Part shown: in pieces, positions 28,661 through 36,861 of the stretch
Layout of the letters: each line of letters starts with the position of its first letter
How positions within the stretch are numbered: position 1 is the stretch's first letter
Assembly (NCBI GenBank): GCA_038063515.1
Contig: JBBTUY010000006.1
Location: 26,505 to 90,504, forward strand
DNA from: Patescibacteria group bacterium
GTDB lineage: Bacteria; Patescibacteriota; Minisyncoccia; Phycocordibacterales; UBA9973
DNA length: 64,000 nt
Reading direction: 5' to 3'
The notes under the pieces: model-generated
Seen by the model: only the letters and a program-made list of their open reading frames with translations
Told to the model about the DNA's origin: nothing
Database searches by the model: none
Translations under genes and position numbers: made by a program

Positions 28661-29095
28661 TTACTTGTTTATTTCGTGTTTACTTAAATCAAGTACGTCC
28701 AAACTCCATGCAAGGTCTCTAAGCTTACTTTTGTTTAATCGTGGATTGCTTACCGACAGTGCCACCTCCTTCTCTTTTTTTGCAGCCTCAATCGTTTTAT
28801 TTGGATTTACTTTATTTTGGCGTCTTTTCCAAATATACAATTTACTTTGTAGTCCATATCTGAGCCCTGCTTCAAGCATTTCTATAAATGGCTTGTTGTT
28901 TGGCTTATAGAATGTGAGCGTCAGAGAAAATCCAGCTACGGCAAGCATAGGCACTAACCCTAAAAGTAAGCCTAGTAATTCGTAAATTACAAAACACATT
29001 CCCGCCCCGCCTGCTAGATATATAAATTCTTTAAAGGTAAATGGACCAAAAATTTTGTCTTCTACTTCTAAAAATTGTGGTACTTTGAATTGCAT
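28661..29095 (-). CDS. Small two-TM membrane protein, VirB3/TcpE-like by size, topology and position upstream of VirB4
   Basis: 144 aa with the hydrophobic hairpin FIYLAGGAGMCFVIYELLGLLLGLVPMLAVAGFSLTLTFY. Assignment is by context only. Confidence 0.35.
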   Translation of the reverse strand: MQFKVPQFLEVEDKIFGPFTFKEFIYLAGGAGMCFVIYELLGLLLGLVPMLAVAGFSLTLTFYKPNNKPFIEMLEAGLRYGLQSKLYIWKRRQNKVNPNKTIEAAKKEKEVALSVSNPRLNKSKLRDLAWSLDVLDLSKHEINK

Positions 29096-29124
29096 ATTGT
29101 TTTATTTATGGTGAGCTTACTCTG

Positions 29125-29892
29125 CTATTCGTCCGGTGAGAGACGATACGGATCCCCTTTGGGCGGATAGGACACTCTTACTTCTTCTTTGTTTTGTCCG
29201 CTTACCTTACTCTCTTTCTTTGTTTCAGTTGTTCCTATTGTGTATTCTGTTTTTGTTGTGGGATTTTGTACTGATGTTGCTATCTTTTCTTTGATTAATG
29301 GGTGAATACCTCCACTTACTGTATTTAAATTATTATTTATAGGTGTTGGCTCTGGATTCTCTACCATTTTTAAGGTGTCCTCTCTTTCCTCATTAGTAGC
29401 TTTTTTTATTTTTATTCCTTCTTCTACGTCTGGTTCTATTCTCGGATTGATTTTTATACCTGTTGATTCTAGTATGTCGTTATCAACTTTTTTTATTTCT
29501 TGTTCTATTTCAATACTTTGCTCTGGTTTCGGCTCAGCTTTTTTAGTAAAACTATTTTTTCTTTCTGTGATTTGAATCATCTCCTCTTTTATCTTTTTAA
29601 AGATAGACTCATTTAGTTCATGTGTTAATTCTTGTGCAGATGCTTCAGATATATGCATTTTTTCCGCTATTGTCTTGGTGTACTCGTGTGGATTTAATAG
29701 TCCACAGAGTAATAATTCTGTTTCTAATTCTAAGTCCCCGAGTTGTTCAAAATCATACCCTTTTGTTTCACGTAATTTTAAAAGGGCAGCCCTCCAGTCT
29801 ACTTGCGCAATAGCATTTAGGGTGTCTTCGGGCAATTTTGCTTTTGCCTGTTCTATTTTTATTTGTAGTGATGCGGGTATGTTGTTTTGCAT
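29125..29892 (-). CDS. Hypothetical protein (255 aa, hydrophilic, no TM)
   Basis: Operon member with no recognisable motif. Confidence 0.4.
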   Translation of the reverse strand: MQNNIPASLQIKIEQAKAKLPEDTLNAIAQVDWRAALLKLRETKGYDFEQLGDLELETELLLCGLLNPHEYTKTIAEKMHISEASAQELTHELNESIFKKIKEEMIQITERKNSFTKKAEPKPEQSIEIEQEIKKVDNDILESTGIKINPRIEPDVEEGIKIKKATNEEREDTLKMVENPEPTPINNNLNTVSGGIHPLIKEKIATSVQNPTTKTEYTIGTTETKKESKVSGQNKEEVRVSYPPKGDPYRLSPDE

Positions 29893-29901
29893 TTATGTAT
29901 T

Positions 29902-30429
29902 TTATTCCTCTTTATCATTATATAGGAATTTACTTTTTATGTCTTTGATTTTGGAATCATTTTCTACTACATACCCACCTATTTTTTGATTATTTTTAGG
30001 GTGAGTAGGTTCTTCCCTGTCACTTGGTGTAAGAAATGATGCGTAGTCTCCACCAGAGAGAATAAAATTCATATCCTTCTCTAATTTCTTTGAGGGGTCG
30101 GAGCTTACGGCATGATTCATGATATCTAAGAGTTCTTTAAAACTAGAGAATATTTCTCTATGTATTTCTTCTACTATATTAGATGCCTTTAGGTGATCAA
30201 TTTTTAATTCTTGGGTAAGCGAAGACTCGAAGTTTTTTAAAGGTGCGAGCCCCATCATTATAAGTGTGGTCTCTTTCCCTAAAATATCTATGCCTTCTTG
30301 ATCTAGCTCGTTTTTCATACCTATACTTGCTAGGGCCTCCTCGTAGTGAGGTGACATAATTTCCTCCTGAATAGTTTGGGGGAGAGCATAAAATTTTTCT
30401 TGTATTATTTTTATTGTATCGTTATCCAT
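29902..30429 (-). CDS. Hypothetical protein (175 aa)
   Basis: Operon member with no recognisable motif. Confidence 0.4.
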   Translation of the reverse strand: MDNDTIKIIQEKFYALPQTIQEEIMSPHYEEALASIGMKNELDQEGIDILGKETTLIMMGLAPLKNFESSLTQELKIDHLKASNIVEEIHREIFSSFKELLDIMNHAVSSDPSKKLEKDMNFILSGGDYASFLTPSDREEPTHPKNNQKIGGYVVENDSKIKDIKSKFLYNDKEE

Positions 30430-30446
30430 ATTTTTAGCTAAATTAA

Positions 30447-32846
30447 TTAATGGTGTGCTGCGTGACTGTCATGAGCTGGTGCGGAACTAGTAGTAGGTGT
30501 TGTATGTGTTGCAGCAGCTGGTACGGGGTGTGCTGGTGCAGCCGGGTGTGCAGCATCGTGTGGGTTAAGTATGTGTCCTAAGTGTTCGAGCACCTCATCT
30601 TTTTCAGATTCAATTTTAGCTCCACCTACTTTTGCAACAAATTCTCTGTTTTGTACACTTATACCCTCTCTAAAGGCATGTATAAATCCTCCCAGTGCTG
30701 GTGCTACTATCATCCCTACTCCTCCTGTTACAGCTCCTGCTGCTAAAGTTCCTATTTGACCCATCGGTGATGTAAGGGTCTTTCCTACTCCCATTTTATA
30801 ATTATCCCAGAAATTTTTCATTGCTTTTTCTACCTTAATAGCTCCACTATCTGTGTCTTTTATTGAGTTACTTAAACTATTTAGGTATGCAGCCTTGCGT
30901 CTTTTATTTACTTCTTCAGCTGTCTCTACTTTTATAAGTTTTTTACCTAGACCTTTAAAGTTTAACCCATACTCTTTGAGATCTACACCATTTTCATAAT
31001 CAGCTTTAAATTTCTTTTCATCAAACTCAAGACCCTTTCCTGCAACAAACTTCCTTGCGTTTTCTAGATTTTCCTCATATTTTTTATATATTTCATTTTG
31101 CGCCTTTCCTTGTTCAGAGGATGCAAAGTTGTCTTGATCCTTTGCGTTGGCACCACTTAATTCATGAGTCTTCATTCTATCCTGTGCTTTTTTCGCATCT
31201 CGTTTCTCTTTTGCTTTATATCCACCCTTAAGACTTGCACTATCTAATCCGAGAATAGTACCTCCTTTGGCAAAATCTAACCCACCCTTACTTTTAAGAA
31301 GTTTACCGAGTCCTGTATCTCTAGGATCGAAACTCTTACTAGCTATCGAGTTTGCAAAATCAAGTTTTCTTTGTGCCCATCTATCACCTGACGCAGCTTT
31401 ATCCTGGAGTTCTCTGTTGTTCGCTGTTGACATTGCTGCTGCCCCTATGGTGCTTCTTAGTGCAACACTTGTGCCACCTGATGCTACTCCGACTGCAAGG
31501 CCTCCTACTGCAGCTGCAAGTGTCGCTCCTCCTGATATGACTGCTTTACTAAATTCTCCACTACCCTTCTTTGCATAGTCTACAGCCTTTAAGAGAAGGC
31601 TTATGTTTATAATTGCAGGAAGTATTGTAAGTAATAATAATCCAGCAAATGCTTCCAAGCCTTTATTTTGTGTAAATGTATTCCCTATATTTTTAAATAT
31701 ATCTATTTGAATAATTTTAGATATTATAAGCATAAAGAACATGAAAATAGGAGCCATGAATGCTACGGAAAATAGTCGGCTAGACCATGAATCCCATCCT
31801 ATATAATCCATTTTCTTTAATTCTGGCATTGCAAAAGACATAAATGCAAAAGGTGCAAAAATTATAAGTATCCAGAATTCTATAAGTCTACCAAGAAAAG
31901 CAAATGCAGCTATAAAAAATGCGTAAGATGCTATCAAGAATATAGCTCCAGCAGTAAATATAAGTAGTAAGGTTATAGATGTTGGCACACCTACGCTGTT
32001 ACCAAATACTGCTTGTTGTACAACACCACCCACTGCTGCTCCACCCGGTATTGGAGTCATTGCACCTATAATAGCACCCGTAAGCCAGCTTGCGCCTTGT
32101 GTTTCTTTAAATTTATCTAGATTGATAAAATTGTTTGGGTTAAAGCCGGATACTATTCCCCCAGCAAAATTCTTTTCTTCCACCCCAGTCTTTTCTGTGT
32201 TTGTAATTGGTTCTGATTTAGTTACTACCTCACCATTTTTTGTGACCACTGTTATTTTATTGTAGAAGACAAGCGCAAGTACGTTTGAAGAATCTATAAC
32301 TACTTGCGTGAAAAACATACTGAAGTTTATAAATAGTGCTACTATTATAACTTCTGATATTACTTTCTTAACTTCCGATCCTCCTAATCCAAGTATGGTT
32401 TTAAATGCTACATGTAAGAGTATTATTATAAAAAATATATTAGAGATATCTCTAACTATCTTCCATGCTTCAGAAAGGAAGTCGTTATCAAATAGGAGAC
32501 TGCTTAATGTTATTGCCAAGCTTGCATTGAAAAGTTGTGCCACCAGCCACAATATCCCTGAAGGTAATACGTAAAATAGAGTGTAAATTATTCTAGTTAA
32601 ACATTTATCAGGAGATCCATCAAAAAAGTTTGCACATCCAATGCTTTCGTCGAGGCTGGTCTTTGTGTCTTTTGTACTACCATCTGGAGTTGGTGATGAT
32701 GCAGCACCAGTTGGTGTGGTTGTTGTAGGAGGTAGTGGCGACGTTTCAGTTTCTGGTGAGCCTTGTGCTTGTACATTAAAAACTGGACTAAAAAATCCTG
32801 AGGTAAATGCAGTTATTAATATTAAAGTTAAAAACCTTTTTTTCAT
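30447..32846 (-). CDS. Polytopic membrane protein with a long hydrophilic C-terminal extension (VirB6/TrbL/TcpH-like architecture), 799 aa
   Basis: Signal peptide, Thr/Pro-rich linker and at least 6 strongly hydrophobic helices (e.g. ITLLLIFTAGAIFLIASYAFFIAAFAFLG, FWILIIFAPFAFMSFAM, FMAPIFMFFMLIISKII). A roughly 330-aa charged C-terminal tail ends in a His/Ala/Pro-rich segment. Confidence 0.4.
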   Translation of the reverse strand: MKKRFLTLILITAFTSGFFSPVFNVQAQGSPETETSPLPPTTTTPTGAASSPTPDGSTKDTKTSLDESIGCANFFDGSPDKCLTRIIYTLFYVLPSGILWLVAQLFNASLAITLSSLLFDNDFLSEAWKIVRDISNIFFIIILLHVAFKTILGLGGSEVKKVISEVIIVALFINFSMFFTQVVIDSSNVLALVFYNKITVVTKNGEVVTKSEPITNTEKTGVEEKNFAGGIVSGFNPNNFINLDKFKETQGASWLTGAIIGAMTPIPGGAAVGGVVQQAVFGNSVGVPTSITLLLIFTAGAIFLIASYAFFIAAFAFLGRLIEFWILIIFAPFAFMSFAMPELKKMDYIGWDSWSSRLFSVAFMAPIFMFFMLIISKIIQIDIFKNIGNTFTQNKGLEAFAGLLLLTILPAIINISLLLKAVDYAKKGSGEFSKAVISGGATLAAAVGGLAVGVASGGTSVALRSTIGAAAMSTANNRELQDKAASGDRWAQRKLDFANSIASKSFDPRDTGLGKLLKSKGGLDFAKGGTILGLDSASLKGGYKAKEKRDAKKAQDRMKTHELSGANAKDQDNFASSEQGKAQNEIYKKYEENLENARKFVAGKGLEFDEKKFKADYENGVDLKEYGLNFKGLGKKLIKVETAEEVNKRRKAAYLNSLSNSIKDTDSGAIKVEKAMKNFWDNYKMGVGKTLTSPMGQIGTLAAGAVTGGVGMIVAPALGGFIHAFREGISVQNREFVAKVGGAKIESEKDEVLEHLGHILNPHDAAHPAAPAHPVPAAATHTTPTTSSAPAHDSHAAHH

Positions 32847-32858
32847 TTTATTAATTTT

Positions 32859-35060
32859 CTAACTCGGTGTCCATTTATTGTTTTTTTCTATACCTAAACA
32901 TTCATCTTTAGTTAATCCTGGTATTTTAAGCACACCTATTTGGCAGATGCCACGTGTTTCTGTCGGTGTTGTTGTTGGATTTACAGTCGTGCTGTATGGT
33001 GAAGGTGTGTCTGATATTTTGTAGTCTCCTGAGCTACTGTTATATATAGCGTTACAATTTATATTGTTATTACCATAAGATGTGCAGAATACAGTTTTTT
33101 CTGTTTGGATGTTATTAAATAGACTATTCTCTCCTCCTGGGTTGGTCCATGTTTTAGCTGTTCTTTCATTCGAACACTTTATTATTAGGGTATTTTGGTA
33201 ATTCACTTTATCTTTTAAATCATCTACTACGTTTTGTGCTTCCCTAACTGTTTCATTTGTAGAAAGCTCTAATATCATTCCATTGATTCTCTCTTTTAGT
33301 CTTACCATTGTTTTTTCATTTTCAGATCCTGGTGCTGGTTGTGTTGTTATTGCACTTAAACTTCCTCTTATTGATTCTAGTTTTACTAAAGTTTGAGTTA
33401 GTGTATCTTTTCTAGCTACTAATTCGTTTACTTTTTCACTTGTGGTTTTAGTAGAAGATACTTCACTCAAGTAGCTCGGTGAACTCGGTAATTCACTTCT
33501 CATTTTATTTTTCACCCACTCTTTAAAAGAGTTGGCTGTGGCAGTGATACTGTCATTGTAGGCAGTATCTGTTGTGAATTTGCTCTGTATGTCATTGTCA
33601 AGCCTATCTTCCCATCCAACATTTGGTCCAGGTAGGCACATGTCGAGTTCTTGTGTTTTTTGTAACACTCGATCAAATAATTGTGACAATCCAAGGTTGT
33701 TTACATCAGTATTGTCTATTAATTTTAGTTCTGTATTGGCTCTAGTTATCGCATCATTTACATCTTTTTTGAAAGTAGTTAAGATTATTTCCTCATCTGG
33801 TCCTCCCCAGTTAAAGCCGGTACCACTTGTAGTATTCACTGATGGGCTACCGAGTGTATGTCCGTAGTAACTAAAATTGTCGTCATCAGTATTGTTTCCA
33901 TTACCACTTATTTTACTTGAAAGTGCGTTTAATCCATCCTTCATAAATTTATTTAAGAGCGCATCAAATATCGCAGAGAGACTGTTGCCCATAGCAGCAG
34001 CGAGTGAGGTCTGGTCGTATGGTCCAGTGATCGCTTTCATGATTTGTGCACTGACTACTGAGCCTGGAGTAGTATTTACAAGTCCACCTGGGCAACCATT
34101 TTCTGATTCCCAATTTATTCTTTCATTATCATTTTTTATACTCCATTGCAGTTTTTGTTCATCGTATGTATCATAAATTGAATTATATCTTGTATTCCAT
34201 TCGTCATTTGATTCATCTGGTCTCCTTGTCGGTACTTCAGGTTCAGTTGGTTCAGGAGTAGACGACTTAAATGTAGGCTGGTTAAATTGGTTTTTTAGAT
34301 TATTATATCGTGGGTTACTTGGACATGTCTGTGGAGACAAGAAGCCCATACCTTGTTGTAGTGTGTCTTTTACAATATCAGCTTGGTTTTGACCTGTACC
34401 TCGGAGTCTTTTTGCTAGCTCATCTTCGTACATCATCTGGAATCCAAGAGAATTGTTTTGAGGGTATTGAGTATTTAAAAGGAATCCATTCCATCCTCCA
34501 ACACTAAAGTTGTTTCTATATCTAGAAAGAAGCTGTGGATCTCTCGTCACTTGGCTTAAGCTATATTGTGCGTTCGTAGCAAACTGTTTTTTGTAGCTTT
34601 CTATTGTGTTTATGGCTGTTGACTTACCAAATGGGTATTTATTACTGTCATAACCTATGATGTTTACTAGTTTTTTGATCTCGTATTTTCCTATGTCTTT
34701 AAAAAATGCTCCTGGGCGCTCTAGGAAAAGTGGTGCTCCATGAAAGCCGGAGTTTATCCAGTTTATGGTGGCTTGAGTCATCTGTTGTAAGAGTCTGCGT
34801 GCAAAGGTACGTAGTGTTTCGCGTAATACTTCTTTAGCCCATTCTTTTATATTAATGCTTGCAGTTGTAGCACTACTAACTGATGTTGCACCAGTAAAAA
34901 ACTTAGTAAGCCATGATACTGGGGCTGTGTCGTTAACTATAGTTGCTGGAAATACTGCCTCTGTTTTTTTAGGTGTAGAAAATATAAAAATAGGTGTTAT
35001 TATTGCAATAATAACTAAGAAAGAAATTATTTTTTGATTTATTTTGTTTTTAAAATTCAT
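32859..35060 (-). CDS. Large secreted/anchored hypothetical protein (733 aa)
   Basis: N-terminal TM/signal (IISFLVIIAIITPIFIFS). Ser/Thr/Asn-rich with a Cys-containing C-terminus. No recognised domain. Confidence 0.45.
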   Translation of the reverse strand: MNFKNKINQKIISFLVIIAIITPIFIFSTPKKTEAVFPATIVNDTAPVSWLTKFFTGATSVSSATTASINIKEWAKEVLRETLRTFARRLLQQMTQATINWINSGFHGAPLFLERPGAFFKDIGKYEIKKLVNIIGYDSNKYPFGKSTAINTIESYKKQFATNAQYSLSQVTRDPQLLSRYRNNFSVGGWNGFLLNTQYPQNNSLGFQMMYEDELAKRLRGTGQNQADIVKDTLQQGMGFLSPQTCPSNPRYNNLKNQFNQPTFKSSTPEPTEPEVPTRRPDESNDEWNTRYNSIYDTYDEQKLQWSIKNDNERINWESENGCPGGLVNTTPGSVVSAQIMKAITGPYDQTSLAAAMGNSLSAIFDALLNKFMKDGLNALSSKISGNGNNTDDDNFSYYGHTLGSPSVNTTSGTGFNWGGPDEEIILTTFKKDVNDAITRANTELKLIDNTDVNNLGLSQLFDRVLQKTQELDMCLPGPNVGWEDRLDNDIQSKFTTDTAYNDSITATANSFKEWVKNKMRSELPSSPSYLSEVSSTKTTSEKVNELVARKDTLTQTLVKLESIRGSLSAITTQPAPGSENEKTMVRLKERINGMILELSTNETVREAQNVVDDLKDKVNYQNTLIIKCSNERTAKTWTNPGGENSLFNNIQTEKTVFCTSYGNNNINCNAIYNSSSGDYKISDTPSPYSTTVNPTTTPTETRGICQIGVLKIPGLTKDECLGIEKNNKWTPS

Positions 35061-35072
35061 TTTTAAAAATTT

Positions 35073-35978
35073 CTAATTACTTAATTTTTTATTTATAAGT
35101 GTTGACAACTTTTCAATGCTTACTTGTACACTTTCTGAATTTTTACTATATTGGCTTATACCACTTAATGCTACTACGATATCAGTATCATACAATCTAA
35201 TGTCGCTAATGTTTTCTGAGAGTTTCTGCATTATGTTTACAACTTCTAAATGTGAGGTAGAGAGACTCTCTGGGACACCAATACTTATTATATTTATAAT
35301 AATGTTATTTACTTGTTTTATCAGAGGATCAAGTTCTTTTAGTATAGTTACATCTACGTTTTCTTCGTCAATTACGAATTTTTGCAATACATCTAGTACT
35401 GTGTATTTTATAGGTTCTTTACTAAAAATTTTATTTAAATCGTCGTTATAATTTTTAATACTTTGGCTATTTTCCGCCTTTATTATTTTTAAGTCATTTA
35501 TTGTATAAGTCTTTCTCTGCACAGAATTTTGTACTTTTTCTGCGAGATTGCCTGCGAGTGTCTCTACTGTATTTTCATCTATCTCTCCTACTTGGTTTAA
35601 GGCTGCTATGGAGGAAAAGAGTTCTCGGGAGAGCTTGTCTGTCTCTGTTAGATTTTGCTCTTCAGTTTCATTTAGGTTTAGTTCACCAGTCGATGATATG
35701 CCTTTTCTGTCTCGTATCGTGACTTTGTCTGGCACACCTGCTACTGTCTCAGCTTTTGTCGGATCTGTGCCATACAGCCCTTCTTCCCAATCTGAGATAG
35801 TATCATTATCTGTGTCTTTGTTCACTAAATCTTCTAAAGTTTCTGTACCACTGTATACTAGGCCACTTTTTTCTATTTGATTTTTGAAAATTAAATTATT
35901 CTTTGAGAGAAAAAGTGCAAGTAGAAAAAGCACCACGAGGATGATTAAAATTATTTTCTTTTGTTTCAACCAATACAT
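35073..35978 (-). CDS. N-terminally membrane-anchored hypothetical protein (301 aa), first gene of the operon (possibly VirB8/TcpC-like by topology only)
   Basis: Single N-terminal TM (KIILIILVVLFLLALFL) followed by an acidic extracytoplasmic domain. Confidence 0.4.
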   Translation of the reverse strand: MYWLKQKKIILIILVVLFLLALFLSKNNLIFKNQIEKSGLVYSGTETLEDLVNKDTDNDTISDWEEGLYGTDPTKAETVAGVPDKVTIRDRKGISSTGELNLNETEEQNLTETDKLSRELFSSIAALNQVGEIDENTVETLAGNLAEKVQNSVQRKTYTINDLKIIKAENSQSIKNYNDDLNKIFSKEPIKYTVLDVLQKFVIDEENVDVTILKELDPLIKQVNNIIINIISIGVPESLSTSHLEVVNIMQKLSENISDIRLYDTDIVVALSGISQYSKNSESVQVSIEKLSTLINKKLSN

Positions 35979-36024
35979 GTTATGTATATTAATTGTAACA
36001 CTTTTTTAAAAAGGAAACTATATT

Positions 36025-36861
36025 TTATGTGAGTAAACTAAGGGTAATCCAGTCTTTTGGAGATAGATTTTCTGCCCTTTTATCTTTGAGATCTTCGAAA
36101 GATGAATTTTTAGATAAATTCATGCTTTTTAGGTTGCCACTGAGCTTCTTTCTTTTGTGTGCAAAGCCTAATTTTACTAATTTCCAGAAATCTTCTTCAC
36201 TTATTTTGTTTTCATAAAAAATTCTCTTAGAAATATTTTTTATGACTATCACAGATGAGTCTACTTTGGGTTGTGGGGAGAAATATCGCGCGCCCACCTT
36301 GGCCACTATTTTAGGCTCCCCGTATGCCTTTACTGATATAGAGAGCAGGCTTTCCTTTTTGTCACGGGCAACTATTCTCTGTGCTACTTCTTGCTGTACG
36401 AGGAGGACCATAGATGTCGGCTGTGTATCACCTCCTAAAAATTTCTTTAGTATTGCGCCCGTTATATTGTAGGGAATGTTTGCAATTATTTTGTAACGAA
36501 ATTTTTTCGAAGTTTTTTTCAGGTCCTCGGACCCCTCCGTCCCTATCCCAGCCAGACCATGTAAAAAACTTGAAAAAATTTCATTCACGTTAAGTTCTAG
36601 TATATCTTCTTCAATTAAAATTAATTTTTCGTCTTTAATTTCTTTTTCAAATTTTATTTTAAGTAGTTCAAAAAGGTCATGATCTTTTTCTATGGCTATG
36701 ACTTTCCCTGCTTTTTCTAAAAGTTTACTAGTGAGGGCACCTTTACCTGGACCTATCTCTAATATCAAATTATCAGGATCTATCTCTCCTGCTTTGATGA
36801 TTTTATCTAAAATAAGATTTGATTTTAAAAAATTTTGCCCCAATGATTTTTTAGCTTTCAT
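36025..36861 (-). CDS. rsmA: 16S rRNA (adenine1518/1519-N6)-dimethyltransferase RsmA/KsgA
   Basis: 278 aa with KSLGQNFL, SAM motif ILEIGPGKGALT and NIPYNI. It contains an in-frame GC-rich palindromic insertion at 36499-36581. Confidence 0.85.
   Translation of the reverse strand: MKAKKSLGQNFLKSNLILDKIIKAGEIDPDNLILEIGPGKGALTSKLLEKAGKVIAIEKDHDLFELLKIKFEKEIKDEKLILIEEDILELNVNEIFSSFLHGLAGIGTEGSEDLKKTSKKFRYKIIANIPYNITGAILKKFLGGDTQPTSMVLLVQQEVAQRIVARDKKESLLSISVKAYGEPKIVAKVGARYFSPQPKVDSSVIVIKNISKRIFYENKISEEDFWKLVKLGFAHKRKKLSGNLKSMNLSKNSSFEDLKDKRAENLSPKDWITLSLLT
36499..36581 (+). repeat. GC-rich palindromic mini-element (copy K3), in-frame inside rsmA
   Basis: The core caggtcctcggacccctccgtccctatcccagccagaccatg is flanked by the inverted arms aaattttttcgaagttttttt / aaaaaacttgaaaaaattt. 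It encodes ..FLHGLAGIGTEGSEDLKK.., similar to the peptide encoded by the uvrA copy. Confidence 0.8.

Noticed and set aside
35116-35880. Plus-strand ORFs 35116..35451, 35501..35722 and 35548..35880 inside the operon's first gene.
   Set aside because: They are antisense to the 35073..35978 CDS, which fits the tight operon spacing. They are Ser/Leu/Phe-rich antisense artefacts.
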